This document shows, piece by piece, positions 1-12,527 of a DNA stretch of 44,419 nt (the stretch's first letter is position 1; each line of letters begins with the position of its first letter). Both the position numbers and the translations under genes were made by a program. The notes below the pieces were generated by a model, which was not told the origin of the DNA, did no database searches, and saw only the letters and a list, made by a program, of their open reading frames with translations. Source of the DNA: Sphaeroforma arctica JP610 (taxonomy: Eukaryota); the NCBI RefSeq assembly GCF_001186125.1, contig NW_014040524.1, positions 165,192 to 209,610 on the forward strand. Reading direction: 5' to 3'.

Positions 1-62
<62 letters not shown>
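1..62. repeat. (GT)n microsatellite
   Basis: Pure GT dinucleotide run. Confidence 0.95.
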
Positions 63-64
<2 letters not shown>

Positions 65-163
65 ACTACACACGCACACCTGCATGTGTCATCGTATGAT
101 ACCACGCCTTAACACCCCACCCCTGCCCTTTCCTCCTTCCTCCTTCCCTCTTCCCTTGAGTAG

Positions 164-623
164 GTATCGGTCGTTTGTTGATGTGCTCAACACAGTGCAC
201 AACGACCCCATTGCCCAGCCCATGCGTAGGTTAGTGGAGGTGCATCCACAGCGAATGGACTCACAGCCACTGTCGACTGACCTCGACGGGTCAAGCCCTG
301 CTACACCTGCGTTTGAGTTTAACCACACCATGGCGTACAAGTCAACTAGTATACCGACGACGGTAACGTTATGGTGCAGAGATAGAACGTTGGACGTGCG
401 TGTATGTGTGCTGTTGTGTTGGTTGTCGTTGTTGCAGGCGTATAGATGTATGTGTGTTGCCTGTGCTTGGAGGTGTAGGCTCGCTCGAGATTTGGTTGTG
501 ATCTGTGGCTAAAACATAGGTAATTATATGCACACATACATACACACATACTATATAATTACATACATACATTCAGATATGATTACATACTTACATACAT
601 ACATACATACGTACGTACATACA

Positions 624-657
<34 letters not shown>

Positions 658-2611
658 CATACATACATACGTGGCGTATTAAGTGAAGATACTATATCTG
701 AACTTCGTGCGCTCATCGGGTTGGTCTGAGGCCACCCACAACCACTGCTTTTGAGTCCTTCCAATCAGTCTGCATTCGCTGCGTGTGTGTGTGTGAGAGA
801 GAGACAAAATCTGAACACGCGTGCACATGAACAGATATGCTGAGCTGTGGCACTGTCTTTGTGTGAGCTTGCTAGTGGTGCGAGTGCTTGTTAGTGTATC
901 TTCCGTCAGCCGTGTGTGTGTGTGTGTGTGTGCGCGCGTATGGCAATGGGTGTGCATGCATCGTCTATGAGACACTACATAAGGCCTGGGCGGAGGAGAC
1001 GACAGTGTGGAGCGTTGCGTGTTGTAACAGCCATGAGGGAACAGACCACCCGCTGCATGTGGCTACACTATTCCTTTCACGCCGGATATTAAAATATTGC
1101 CCTTTTCCCAATCCCCTTGTGTCTAAAAATAGACGCAAGCCGTAACTATGGCAACGCAAACCGCCGCGCCAACCACAGCCGCGCCGAATAACGAGCGGGT
1201 TTTCCCACGAGGCTTCAACGTGCTGCTTTGTGAGGACAACAAGATCAACATAAAAGTGGCGTCGGCCTTTCTCGAACGCCTAGGGGTGAGTAGGGGGGCC
1301 AACTGTGTTGTTGTGTGGGTGTCTCTCGGGGTCATTGCGACTCGGCCTTAGACATTTGGGGTATTTGGGTTGTAGGGTTCTGTGGTGATTGAGTGATTGC
1401 CTGTGTGTTGGGTGTTGTGTGAGTTTGCTTGCGAGGTGGTGCGGCTGTATTTTATGATTTTAGTGTTGCCTAATGGTTTTAGGGTTGTCTGTGGTTTTGA
1501 GGTTGTCTAATGGTTTTAGTGTTGTCTTATGGTTTTAGGGTTGTCGTATGGTTTTTGTGTTATCTTGTGATTTTAGGGTTGTCGTATGGTTTTAGGGTTT
1601 ACTTCTGGTGGTGGGTGGGTGGGCATTGCTAAGTGTGCATGCAGGTGCGATTGTGTTGGGTTATGTCCTGTGGGATGGTGTTGGGATGGGTCAGTTAGAC
1701 TGTGCAGCGCCCAAATGCATGGTGTGATTGGTGTCACGATGGATTACGAATGTTATGGAGATGATAAGAAACATATGAGCTGTGTTGTGTGTTGTGTTGT
1801 GTGTTATGTGTGTGCTGTGGTGGATGGGTGCGTGTAGTGCTGTGTGCTTTGTGTGTGGTGTGTGTGACCATCATGAGCGGAGGTGGTGTCGTTTGTATCC
1901 TGTTGTGCTATAGGCGGCACTTCTTCACATTTACTTCTGCCCAGTGTATAGTGCCTTTCACATCGCACCTGTTATGTTAACGTATGAGCGTGCAAGGTTT
2001 ATTTCAAGCTTTATATATTCAGCCACATGGTGTGACCATACAAACGAGTGAGTGTGATGTGTAGCCATGCTGTGTCTATGCATAGTCTGTTGACCTGTGA
2101 GTCCCCCAACGGCTGAGGTGGCCTGTGCCTCGTACACTCACAGCCATTGCGTTGCTTATCACACAGACACCGTACACTGTGGCTATGACCGGACGAGAGG
2201 CGGTGGACATCATCACAGGCGCAAAGGCCAGTCCACACAACGGCGACTACCATCTCATTCTCATGGATCTGCAGGTGTGTGTCTGTGATCTGTCTTATTC
2301 GGTATGTTCTTATGCGCATAGATATACACGTGTGTGTGTGTTTAGTGTGTGTGTGGTGTTGGCTACTGTATGTATTATCGGGAAGTATTGGATTTTAATG
2401 TTTGTATCTATATAAAATTGTGTTTAGATAAATGGATAGATAGGTACATATGTATGAATTTATATATATATTTGTGTGTGTGTCTGTGTGTGTCTGTGTG
2501 TATGTATGTCTGTGTGTCTGTCTGTCTGTCTGTGTGTGTGTGTGTATATATATTATGTAATAAATATGTATATATATATATATATATATGTCTCATATAT
2601 ATATATATATG

Positions 2612-2656
<45 letters not shown>

Positions 2657-2674
2657 ATATATATAATATATATA

Positions 2675-2707
<33 letters not shown>

Positions 2708-5700
2708 GTANNNNNNNNNNNNNNNNNNNNNNNNNNNNNNNNNNNNNNNNNNNNNNNNNNNNNNNNNNNNNNNNNNNNNNNNNNNNNNNNNNNNNNNNNN
2801 NNNNNNNNNNNNNNNNNNNNNNNNNNNNNNNNNNNNNNNNNNNNNNNNNNNNNNNNNNNNNNNNNNNNNNNNNNNNNNNNNNNNNNNNNNNNNNNNNNNN
2901 NNNNNNNNNNNNNNNNNNNNNNNNNNNNNNNNNNNNNNNNNNNNNNNNNNNNNNNNNNNNNNNNNNNNNNNNNNNNNNNNNNNNNNNNNNNNNNNNNNNN
3001 NNNNNNNNNNNNNNNNNNNNNNNNNNNNNNNNNNNNNNNNNNNNNNNNNNNNNNNNNNNNNNNNNNNNNNNNNNNNNNNNNNNNNNNNNNNNNNNNNNNN
3101 NNNNNNNNNNNNNNNNNNNNNNNNNNNNNNNNNNNNNNNNNNNNNNNNNNNNNNNNNNNNNNNNNNNNNNNNNNNNNNNNNNNNNNNNNNNNNNNNNNNN
3201 NNNNNNNNNNNNNNNNNNNNNNNNNNNNNNNNNNNNNNNNNNNNNNNNNNNNNNNNNNNNNNNNNNNNNNNNNNNNNNNNNNNNNNNNNNNNNNNNNNNN
3301 NNNNNNNNNNNNNNNNNNNNNNNNNNNNNNNNNNNNNNNNNNNNNNNNNNNNNNNNNNNNNNNNNNNNNNNNNNNNNNNNNNNNNNNNNNNNNNNNNNNN
3401 NNNNNNNNNNNNNNNNNNNNNNNNNNNNNNNNNNNNNNNNNNNNNNNNNNNNNNNNNNNNNNNNNNNNNNNNNNNNNNNNNNNNNNNNNNNNNNNNNNNN
3501 NNNNNNNNNNNNNNNNNNNNNNNNNNNNNNNNNNNNNNNNNNNNNNNNNNNNNNNNNNNNNNNNNNNNNNNNNNNNNNNNNNNNNNNNNNNNNNNNNNNN
3601 NNNNNNNNNNNNNNNNNNNNNNNNNNNNNNNNNNNNNNNNNNNNNNNNNNNNNNNNNNNNNNNNNNNNNNNNNNNNNNNNNNNNNNNNNNNNNNNNTATA
3701 TATATATATATGTATATATATAACATCGATTTTCATATTGTTTCACTCAGCTATCTATTAATGTGTATATAGACTACTCATTACATCATCATTCTTCGCG
3801 ATCGAGATACCACACCTTTATAGCCCTGCACCCTAAACCTCTAGAACCAGTACAGTCTGACCTCAAGACCCTAAAACCCTATAACCCATACTACCTAATC
3901 GCAGATGCCTGACATGGGCGGTACAGAGGCAGCGATCGCCATACGCGCACACGAAGACGCACAACGCGCCAAGGAGTCGCTGAGACCACCGGCGTACATT
4001 GTGTGCATGACAGCGAACGTGCTCAGTGACCAGGTGGACGAGGGAATGGCGGGCCAGATGGAGGCCTACATGCCCAAGCCACTGCGCAAGCAGGAGTTCA
4101 ACCGGGTGTGTGCGTGTGCGTGTGCGTGTGCGTATAAGTGTAGGTGTAGGTCTAAGTGTAGGTATGTGTGTGCGTGTGCGTGAGACAGGGCAGTTTTCGG
4201 TGAGACACAGTCTGTCCATTTTACGTTGAAAAGTATAAAATTAGATTATTTTTTGCGTTTACGTTAGACGTTCACTGTATGGGTGCATAATATGCACCAA
4301 AGGTTGTATGTAGTGTGTGTGAATGCTGGCTTACGCGTGCGTTTGGCCCACATATACAATGCACTCTGCATCTATCTGTGTCTGTAGGCAATACAATTAT
4401 GTGGAGATATCAATATACCACTATCACAAACCTCATAAAGATTGTACGTCTAAAGCAGCCACAAAATTGATACGTAGATTGCGTATAGTTGACATAAGTG
4501 ATACATAGATTGTGTTTAATTGACAAAATTGATACATAGATGTTTAGTTGATATATTTGATACGTAGATTGTGTTTAATTATCATAATTGATACATAGAT
4601 TCTGTTTAGTCACATAATTGATACATAGATTGCGTATAGTTGACATAAGTGGTACATGGATTGTTTAATTGACATAATTGATACCTAGATTGTGTTTAGT
4701 CACATAATAGATATATGGATTATGTTTAGTTGATATATTTGATACGTAGGTTGTTTTTAATTGACATAACTGATACATAGATTGTGTGTAGTCACATAAG
4801 TGATACATGGATTATGTTTAGTTGATATATTTGATACGTAGGTTGTGTTTGATTGACATAATTGATACATAGATTGTGTTTAGTCACATAAGCGATACAT
4901 GGATTATGTTTAGTTGATATATTTGATACGTAGGTTGTGTTTAATTGACATAATTGATACATAGATTGTGTTTAGTCACATAATAGATATATGGATTATG
5001 TTTTGTTTTCGTGTTTGCAACTGGCGCGTGACTTTTAGTCGTTGTTGTATTTGACGGTGCATTGCACGCATTCGTCGCGTGTTTCTCTACTTCGTAAAAA
5101 ACTAAAAGATGCCTTCCTATATGTAGAAAAATATACCTACCTGTATACGGAAAGAGTTGCTTACATATAAGCTGACTTCTCGCTACAAGGGTGTGACCGT
5201 GTGTGCCTCGCAATGTCCAATGTTTTCCATCGACTGGTAATTGAGTATATTTTTTATGTCGTACGCTGACTGTCTACCTGTGCTCTCATATCTGTCATTG
5301 GATTGTAGTGTAATTGGTATAGTCATACGATAGGTAATCAGCTGTCACCTCCAATGAACTGTGATGGAATTGTCGTATTGTCGTACGGATGTTTGTCTAT
5401 TTAACTATCACTTCCAATCCCTTCTTGACCTGTGGTGTTGTCGTGTTGTCGTACGGATGTATGTCTCAACTGTCCTCACGTAAATCCCCACACAGCTGAT
5501 GTTTGAATTCTCCACTGTGCTCGTTGAACGGTTTGGCCAAACAACGGAAACCGCTACGGCCACTGCCGATGACCTCAACACCAACAACGACAACCACGAC
5601 AACAACAATAATATTATTAAAAATAAGAATGATAGTAATAATAATAATAATAATGTTAATAATAATAATAGTAACAATAATAATAAAATCAACGTGAATA

Positions 5701-7557
5701 GTGCCGTCGCCACACCTCATCAACTGACCAAACAGCCCAGTAGAACCGCCACAGATACAGCCAGTTACGCCAACACTCGGAGGATCGCCCCAGTGGTAAG
5801 TGTTAGGAAGGGCCTCGATGGCAGCAATACAAGAATCAACAAGAGAGTGTGACTATAGGCTCACTCACCCATGTGTCTGTATGTGTTCCTATCGTCTGTC
5901 TGTTCATATAACTAGTTAAACATATGCAATAAGAGAGTGTGGCTATAGTTCACTCACCCATGTGTCTGTATGTGTTCCTATCTTCTGTCTGTTCATATAA
6001 CTATTTACACATATGCAATACGAGAGTGTAGCTATAGGTTCACTCACCCATGTGTCTGTATGTGTTCCTATCTTCTGTCTGTTCATATAACTATTTACAC
6101 TTGCAATAAAAGAGTGTGGCTATAGGTTCACTCACCCATGTGTCTGTATGTGTTCCTATCTTCTGTCTGTCCGTATATATATTTACACATATGCAATAGG
6201 AGAGGGCCAATAAGTTCACTCACCCATGTGTCTGTATGTGTTCCTAACTTCTGTCTGTTCATATATCTATTTTTTAAACCCTCCTGAATTCTATGTAGCC
6301 GCCCACGCTCTGTTGTATGATCGTATCACTGTTGTGACTTTTACCTATCCCCACTCACCCAAGTCATTGCCCATTAAACCCTAAACCCCTAAACTCATAA
6401 ACCCCTAAACCCCTAAACCCCTGAAACAACAGGCAGCGCAAGACTTTGTGTTCCCGAAGGGCCTGAATGTGCTGTTGTGCGAAGACAACCAAATCAACAT
6501 CAAGGTGGCATCTGCCTTCCTCACCAAACTGAATGTAAGTCGAAGTGAAGTGTTTTGAATGCGCTGGTGATGCCAATGTGTGTCTCACCTCAAAGCTCCA
6601 CTGCCCCACACGTGTCTTAAGGTTTTAGGGTTTTCTAAATTCTCTGCCCCACACGTGTGCATGAGGTGCGTTGGCTATGTGCCCAGTAGTTCGATGTTCC
6701 GCGGGGCTGTGTCATTGCAACTCAATGGTCTGTTCTATTTTTAGGCGCCGCACGTGGTCGCTGTCAATGGACTCGAAGCGGTGGAAATCATCACCGGCGC
6801 ACGGCCCAGCCCACACAACGGCAACTATCATCTGATCCTCATGGACATACAGGTGAGGACGAGCATCAGTGTATGCCACGCACCCAACACACACAATGAA
6901 CCGGTTTATGTGACACCTGTGTGACACTTATGTGACATTTATGTGACACTTATATGACATTTATATGACACTTATGTTACTGACAAGCCCCAATACCCTA
7001 TCTGTGTACATGCGCTACATTGGGAGACAATCCGCCTGCCGCTCTTCTCTCTAATTCGAAAGTGTTGTTGTTGCGTTGAGCCTTATCAGTCTATTGCGGT
7101 ACATTCAGCGATAAAGGTGTCGGTACTATGGCCTATGCCTGGTTCTCTGAAACTCTATCAAGCATTTGACGATCGCACTATCCCAAGCCCCTTTCAAGCG
7201 AACAGCCTCAGGATTTAGTCTAACCCACGGCTAGAGCGTCGGCTTTCTATACAAATTGCACCTCCATTAGACAGGCTTGTACACAACTGGGTGCTCACAC
7301 TACCCTGCTGTGCGCGTGTATGAAGTTGTCCGTAGTCGCATGCACGTTCGCTGATGTGGGGCCACGTGTGTTGGTTTCTCTGCAGATGCCTGTCATGGAT
7401 GGAACCGAAGCCACCCTGAAGATCAGAGCGTACGAACAAGCACTCAAGGCCCAGGGGGTGGTACGTTACTGCCACGCACACACACGCGCACGTGACTCGT
7501 GTACACTTATCTCGAAAGATACTCGTTGATCACGCACACGCACACACGCACACACAC

Positions 7558-7605
<48 letters not shown>

Positions 7606-8831
7606 GCATATACACACACACACGCGCGTGACACGTGTACATTTATCTCGAGAGATGCTCGTTGATGCATAGTGTTGCCACAACAGACAGTTTCAATTGT
7701 CGGAAACCCCGCATGATTCGCTGACGCAGCCCTATCTATACCATCCGTCTATGCAGTAGCTTACCACAGTGTCTATCTTATTCTCTAGTCTCTGTATTAT
7801 ATCATCCATGCTGTGGTGAATCCTCTCCTTCTCCTCTCTGATTATGGCGGGCACCTTGGTTATTCAGTGACGTTTGTGTATGTGAACATGAACAACACCC
7901 GTTCATCAGTGGGTAGTTCCCTGAGGGTACGAGCTATAGCAGAAGCGTCCGATCACTTCGGCGGTCATTGTATCACACAACCACACTCCATACAGACCTA
8001 CACCTCCACCTCGCAAGTGCCTATGTGGTCATCTGTGAGTCTTCGTGCGCGTGGTGTCCCTTCTGTGTGTGTGTCGTGTGTGCATTCACCTACACACTCC
8101 CTCTCTCTCTCTCTCTATGAAGTACACTACTTTCTCTTAAAAGTACACCACTTCCTGCTTGTGCACAGACGCATGCGCCGATGTTCATTGTCTGCATGAC
8201 AGCTAACGTGCTTAAGGATCAGGTAGACGAGTGCATGTCAGGCAGCATGGACGCCTACATGCCTAAGCCACTCCGCAAGAAGGAGTTCAACCGGGTATGT
8301 GCACGTGTGTGTGCGTGCTTACATTGGTATAGGTGTATATGGGACGCATGCAGGGACCGTTGTGCGTCTGTATACCTTACAGAGTTATCCTTCTACGTGG
8401 GAGAGTGTATGTTCTTCATGTCTAGGGGCTGTGAATAGGCGAGTATGGGAGTGTATAGGAGAGTGTGTGTCATACAGTTAGTATACACTGCAGAGCTATC
8501 CTTCTGCGTGGGAGAGTGTATGGTCTTCATGTCTAAGGCTGTGAATAAGATAGTATGGGAGTGTATAGGAGAGTGTCGTGTCATACAGTTAGTATACACT
8601 GCAGGGCTATCCTTCTGCGTGGGAGTGTCTATGTCCTTCATATCTAGTGACCGCGAGTAGAAGAGTGTAGGTGTGATTAGTGATCATTGGTATGCGTATG
8701 TGTGACTATTGCCCTAACTTTAAGGATTATCTTATCTCTCACAGTTAATGGAAGAGTACACGCTGGAGCTCTTGAAAAGGTTCGGCTGTCCTGATGCTGA
8801 TCCTGATATGGCAATAGCTACCCGGTGGTAG
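164..8831 (+). CDS. Spliced C-terminal part of a hybrid two-component signalling protein (probably a hybrid histidine kinase) with two tandem response-regulator receiver domains; 5' end lies outside the window
   Basis: GT-AG exons join in frame: 164-362, 1133-1285 (FNVLLCEDNKINIKVA), 2167-2274 (YHLILMDLQ), 3905-4105 (MPDMGG...CMTANV...YMPKPL), 5496-5795 (Asn-rich linker), 6433-6534 (LNVLLCEDNQINIKVA), 6745-6852 (LILMDIQ), 7386-7460 (MPVMDGTEA), 8169-8294 (CMTANV...YMPKPL), 8745-8831 (TAG). The EDN-N-KVA, D-QMP-MDG, TAN and KP motifs are typical of hybrid-kinase REC domains. No kinase domain is visible in the window. Confidence 0.9.
530..670. repeat. (TACA)n intronic microsatellite
   Basis: Repeated ACAT/TACA units. 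Confidence 0.85.
2711..3696. other. Assembly gap within an intron, flanked by (TA)n/(GT)n
   Basis: N run. The exons on either side (ending 2274 and starting 3905) join in frame as DLQ-MP, so no exon is missing. Confidence 0.95.
4465..5000. repeat. Intronic AT-rich minisatellite (~30-bp subunits TTGATACATAGATTGTGTTTA.., higher-order ~90 bp)
   Basis: Many degenerate tandem copies are visible. Confidence 0.85.
5841..6270. repeat. Intronic tandem repeat, ~88-90 bp x 5
   Basis: The core TCACTCACCCATGTGTCTGTATGTGTTCCTA recurs five times. Confidence 0.9.
6433..8831 (+). other. REC domain 2 (exons 6433-6534, 6745-6852, 7386-7460, 8169-8294, 8745-8831)
   Basis: ED, LMDIQMPVMDG, MTAN and PKP motifs are all intact; it is a close paralogue of REC1. 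Confidence 0.9.
8365..8645. repeat. Intronic tandem repeat, ~107 bp x ~2.6
   Basis: TATCCTTCT(A/G)CGTGGGAG recurs three times and GTATGGGAGTGTATAGGAGAGTG twice. Confidence 0.8.
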
Positions 8832-9118
8832 GCCGCCTGTAGGTCCCACAGTATATAAGTCTGGTGCTGTTCGAAGAAAACTTATTCCGCAGTATATATA
8901 TTAATGTGTGTGTGTGTGTGTGTGTGTGTGCGTTAATTTCTTTAGGCAGTGCGACGCATGGAGTAACCACAACTGTGGTTAAGCCAGCCCCACATCACCC
9001 AACGCTATGGTATCGAATAACCACACAAACGCTGCGCATAAACTCAGGGCCCAGTCACAGCTTAGCCTTTGCCGCTGCGCGAGATGGGAATGGTATGAGC
9101 GCATGGGCTGTCGTGAGG

Positions 9119-9420
9119 ACAGCCCCATCCACAGCTGGAAGGGCTAGGACAGGACAAAAGTCATTGTTAGGACATAATACAGCCCCATCCACAGCTGGAA
9201 GGGCTAGAATAGGACAAAAGTCATTGTTGGGACATAATACAGCCCCATCCACAGCTGGAAGGGCTAGGACAGGACAAAAGTCATTGTTGGGACATAATAC
9301 AGCCCCATCCACAGCTGGAAGGGCTAGGACAGGACAAAAGTCATTGTTGGGACATAATACAGCACCATCCACAGCTGGAAGGGCTAGAATAGGACAAAAG
9401 TCATTGCTGGGACACAACAC
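9119..9420. repeat. 60-bp tandem repeat x 5 downstream of the REC gene
   Basis: Near-identical ACAGCCCCATCCACAGCTGGAAGGGCTAG...GGACATAAT units fall on consecutive 60-nt lines. Confidence 0.95.
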
Positions 9421-10841
9421 TGGCTGTGCATGCCGTTTATGTTTGGGTCCTTTCGCGACGTCGTTGTCGGATTCGGACTATGGGCTGTAACAGAGACGGC
9501 ATAAGAAACCCCACAGCAAGTCATTTTAAAATCTCTTTGGTTTGGCTAGTGCCTTATAAACACTAACAACAGCGGCTGAGGCGCCGACTATAGTGTTGGT
9601 CATGGTGACGGGCACCATCGCACCTGCCCCGACTATCTGGACCGTCAGTGCACCTGTGTTATACTTTGGACTGGTCGCCAACGTCTCAGGGCGAAGATAT
9701 GAGGACATTTTTAGCACGTGCGGGGTGATGACTTGGCCCGCTGTCTTACAATGACAAGAACTGACGTCTGTCCACCGATTAGCTGCGTACTGTGGCTGGC
9801 CAGACTACAGGAAACCCGAAGAAACTTAATGTTAGACTAATGCCCATTAGAATAAAGCTAACTAGCGAGTCTTCATCATTTGTGCCAGCGCAAGCAGTAC
9901 GCGTGTGGGGGGGGGGGTTATGTTTTTCCAAAAGATCACAAACAGACAAGAGAGTACATCACAACCATCAGCGTAAAGTGCCTTCAATGTTTAATATGTT
10001 TAATGGTGTCCCAGCCCATGTGTTTTGCCAATCTGTACGTTTGACATAGATTTCTCGCTGACAGAAAAGGTCTTTGCTAATGTCGTTGAACGAAAGCCAG
10101 TCACATTATCCTTGACACACACAATCACATCCACCAAGTGTGTCTATAAAATTAAAGAGGCATACAGCCTGCTCATTCCGAACTCTGGGGTCGTGAGTTA
10201 AACCCCATTCGCTGCACTAGCTTTGACTTACTGTCGTCAGCTGTTGACGGATAAATAATCCAAAAGAATCTTACCTACTAACAACAACCGTACTAGCTTC
10301 TTCTGGATTAAATGTACTGCGGAATCTTGACCGTGGTCTGAGATATGAAAGCAGACTTTAGGGTCAGCACACTACGCCGTAGAAAGCCCTCGCAATTCAT
10401 GATGATTTGATCGTGTACTGGTGAAATACCAAATATCTCGGATGCATTCGATTGACTCTGGTTCACTCACAGCATTCAGCCCTACCCGCCTATTATGCGC
10501 GTCTGCTGGTTGTGTACCGTGGTGTTTGAATACAGCGACGTACACATGAGAGCAGAGCCACATACAGATGGGACAAGGTGTGAAGTGGCTTGTGCATCGC
10601 AATAGCACTCACAGGCGCATGGTGAGTTGTGGGTGAACTCCCACACGCCGTATGTCGAAGACATCTGTGGTGCCCATAAGGAGGCCCATGCTAGGTTTAG
10701 CCCATCCACCATACAAGCCATAGGTGTAGTCGCCGTACAGCGGACACTGAGATTGGTGGCTGAAGTAAACCCTGAGTCTACACAAAAGCAGCACCCGTGT
10801 GAGGAGCAATATCTACTCCTTGGTAGGTAGCCTGGCAGGAC

Positions 10842-12527
10842 CTACTCCTTGATGACCTTGTAAGTCGTCTGGACCAATCCGTGCGGGTAGCACGTTGAGC
10901 TCCGCAACTCCAGCCACACGTTCTTTGGCACAAAACCAAACAGCGGCAGACCTTCGCCTATTATCACCGGCAGTGTGGAGACGCAAAGGTCGTCCACCTG
11001 CCCCGCACGCAGGAAACGCTGTGCGGTGACACCACCGTCTATATATACTCGCTTGTAACCATGGTTACCGAGTCGAGCCATGAGGACTTCGGGCTCTTCG
11101 CTGGAGTGTTCGGTGTCTGCGGGCACTTGGGGGTGCTGTGTGAAGGTCATGGGATTGCGTGACAGCACAATGCACTTCTTACCGTCGTATGGCCAGAAGC
11201 CAAAGGATAAAACCTGTGTACAGGTACGGTTAGCGGTGTATGAGTGTGGGTACGGATAGAAGGGTATGAGTGTAGGTACGAATAGCAGGGTATGAATGTA
11301 GGTACGGATAGCAGGGTATGAGTGTAGGTACGGATAGCAGGGTACGAGTGTAGGTACGGATAGCAGGGTCTGAGAGTAGGTACGGATAGCAAGGTATGAA
11401 TGTAGGTAAGGATAGCAGGGTATGAGCGTAGGTACGAATAGCAGGGTACGAGTGTAGGCTGTTGCTGTTGAATACGTAATGGGGCACATAGTGTAGATTT
11501 GAGGAGCTTAAGTAGTCAATCATGAATATAGTCGGCAAATCGAGCATATATAATAGCGGATTCTGCGTCTCTTGTACCTTACTAATTATCAACTTTGAAT
11601 GCGAAATCTAGCCGATTATAAACTAGCGAGTAAGGCTTGTTAATTTAGTAAATCGTGTAAGTGTGCGAGTGCGTTCTATAGGAGGGGGTGGGGGCTTTCT
11701 AGTCGCTGGTACTTCTATAACTGTGTTTACGCATGTGATTTACTTGTGTCTCTGTTTGCGATATGTTGATTTTTATGGCCTCTTTACTTTTCCAAATGTA
11801 AAGTATTCAATACAACCCATATCCTTGGTGATATATGTGTATACGCAAATGAAATAATAGTATGCGTGCGCGTGCGCGTGCGTGTGCGCCTGAACGAACT
11901 TATGCGTGTTTGTGTTCGAATTTACTTTCGTATATCTGTGTATATCTAAAATATGCGTGTGTGTGTGTGTGTGCTTTGATGTAGGTTACTACCCCTTCAC
12001 AGCCATGCGAGGAAAACCTGATCTCAGAGACCAGTGCGCATGCATGTGACCAAACTGCTCACATTTGACATACATCACACAAACAGTGTACTTTGAATTT
12101 TGAACACGGTTCTGCCGATGATAGCTACATCGTAAGTAGTAGAAACTAATGTGTCATATATCTCCTCTCAGTGATGTCTTGTCCCAGCTGAAGCAAGAAT
12201 GACTACGAATTAATTCACATAAGGCACATAAGGTCATATTGACAAAGAAACACGCACAATGTGAGAGAAGGAAATGCGTCAAGGTGCTGCAGTTGAAGCT
12301 TGTAACGATGCGCATACCTTCTCAAACGCGTTTCTCCCCATGACAATCACATCATATGTAGCGGAGAATGCTGCGTAGCCGCAGTCTTCTCCTTTGGGTG
12401 TCTTCTGAGTGAATTTATCCAGAAAATCGATGCCGCCATCCTTGCGTGCGATGTACCCATCCAATGACATTCCGACATAGATTGAACCGAGCGGACGTGT
12501 ATCTTTGTTCAGTTTTGGAGCAAACAT
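10842..12527 (-). CDS. Dihydrofolate reductase-like / RibD C-terminal reductase family protein, 2 exons (12527-12318, 11213-10842), ~193 aa
   Basis: Exon 1 reads YVGMSLDGYIARKDGGIDFL...DVIVMGRNAFEK followed by donor gtatgc. After acceptor cag, exon 2 reads VLSFGFWPY.GKKCIVLS...VYIDGGVTAQRFL.AG.VDDL..ST.PVIIGEGLPLF...GLVQTTY. These are the hallmark motifs of bacterial RibD_C/DHFR-like proteins; the intron is phase 0. Confidence 0.92.
11222..11458. repeat. 26-bp tandem repeat (~9 copies) at the 3' end of the DHFR-like intron
   Basis: Unit approximately AGCAGGGTATGAGTGTAGGTACGGAT. Confidence 0.9.

Larger units (their letters stand above)
1133..5540 (+). other. REC domain 1 (exons 1133-1285, 2167-2274, 3905-4105 and start of 5496 exon)
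   Basis: Acidic pocket ED, phospho-acceptor Asp in LMDLQMP, Thr in MTAN and Lys in PKP are all present. Confidence 0.88.

Noticed and set aside
2349..3772. Long ORFs spanning Ns and TA/GT repeats (likewise 36969-37696, 41950-42457, 43412-44029)
   Set aside because: Artefacts of gaps and simple repeats.
5408..5723. Minus-strand poly-Leu/Ile membrane-like ORFs
   Set aside because: They are the antisense of the poly-Asn exon.
9119..9420. CRISPR-like array or repeat protein (ORFs 8864-9490 and 9055-9420)
   Set aside because: The units are contiguous with no unique spacers, the context is eukaryotic, and the ORFs are a by-product of a stop-free 60-bp unit.
9526..10140. Possible tyrosine recombinase or other coding remnant on the minus strand
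   Set aside because: Only a vague K.TD..G resemblance, with no HxxR motif and multiple stops.
10185..10220. tRNA/SINE B-box-like GGTCGTGAGTTAAACCCC
   Set aside because: No A-box or cloverleaf could be built.
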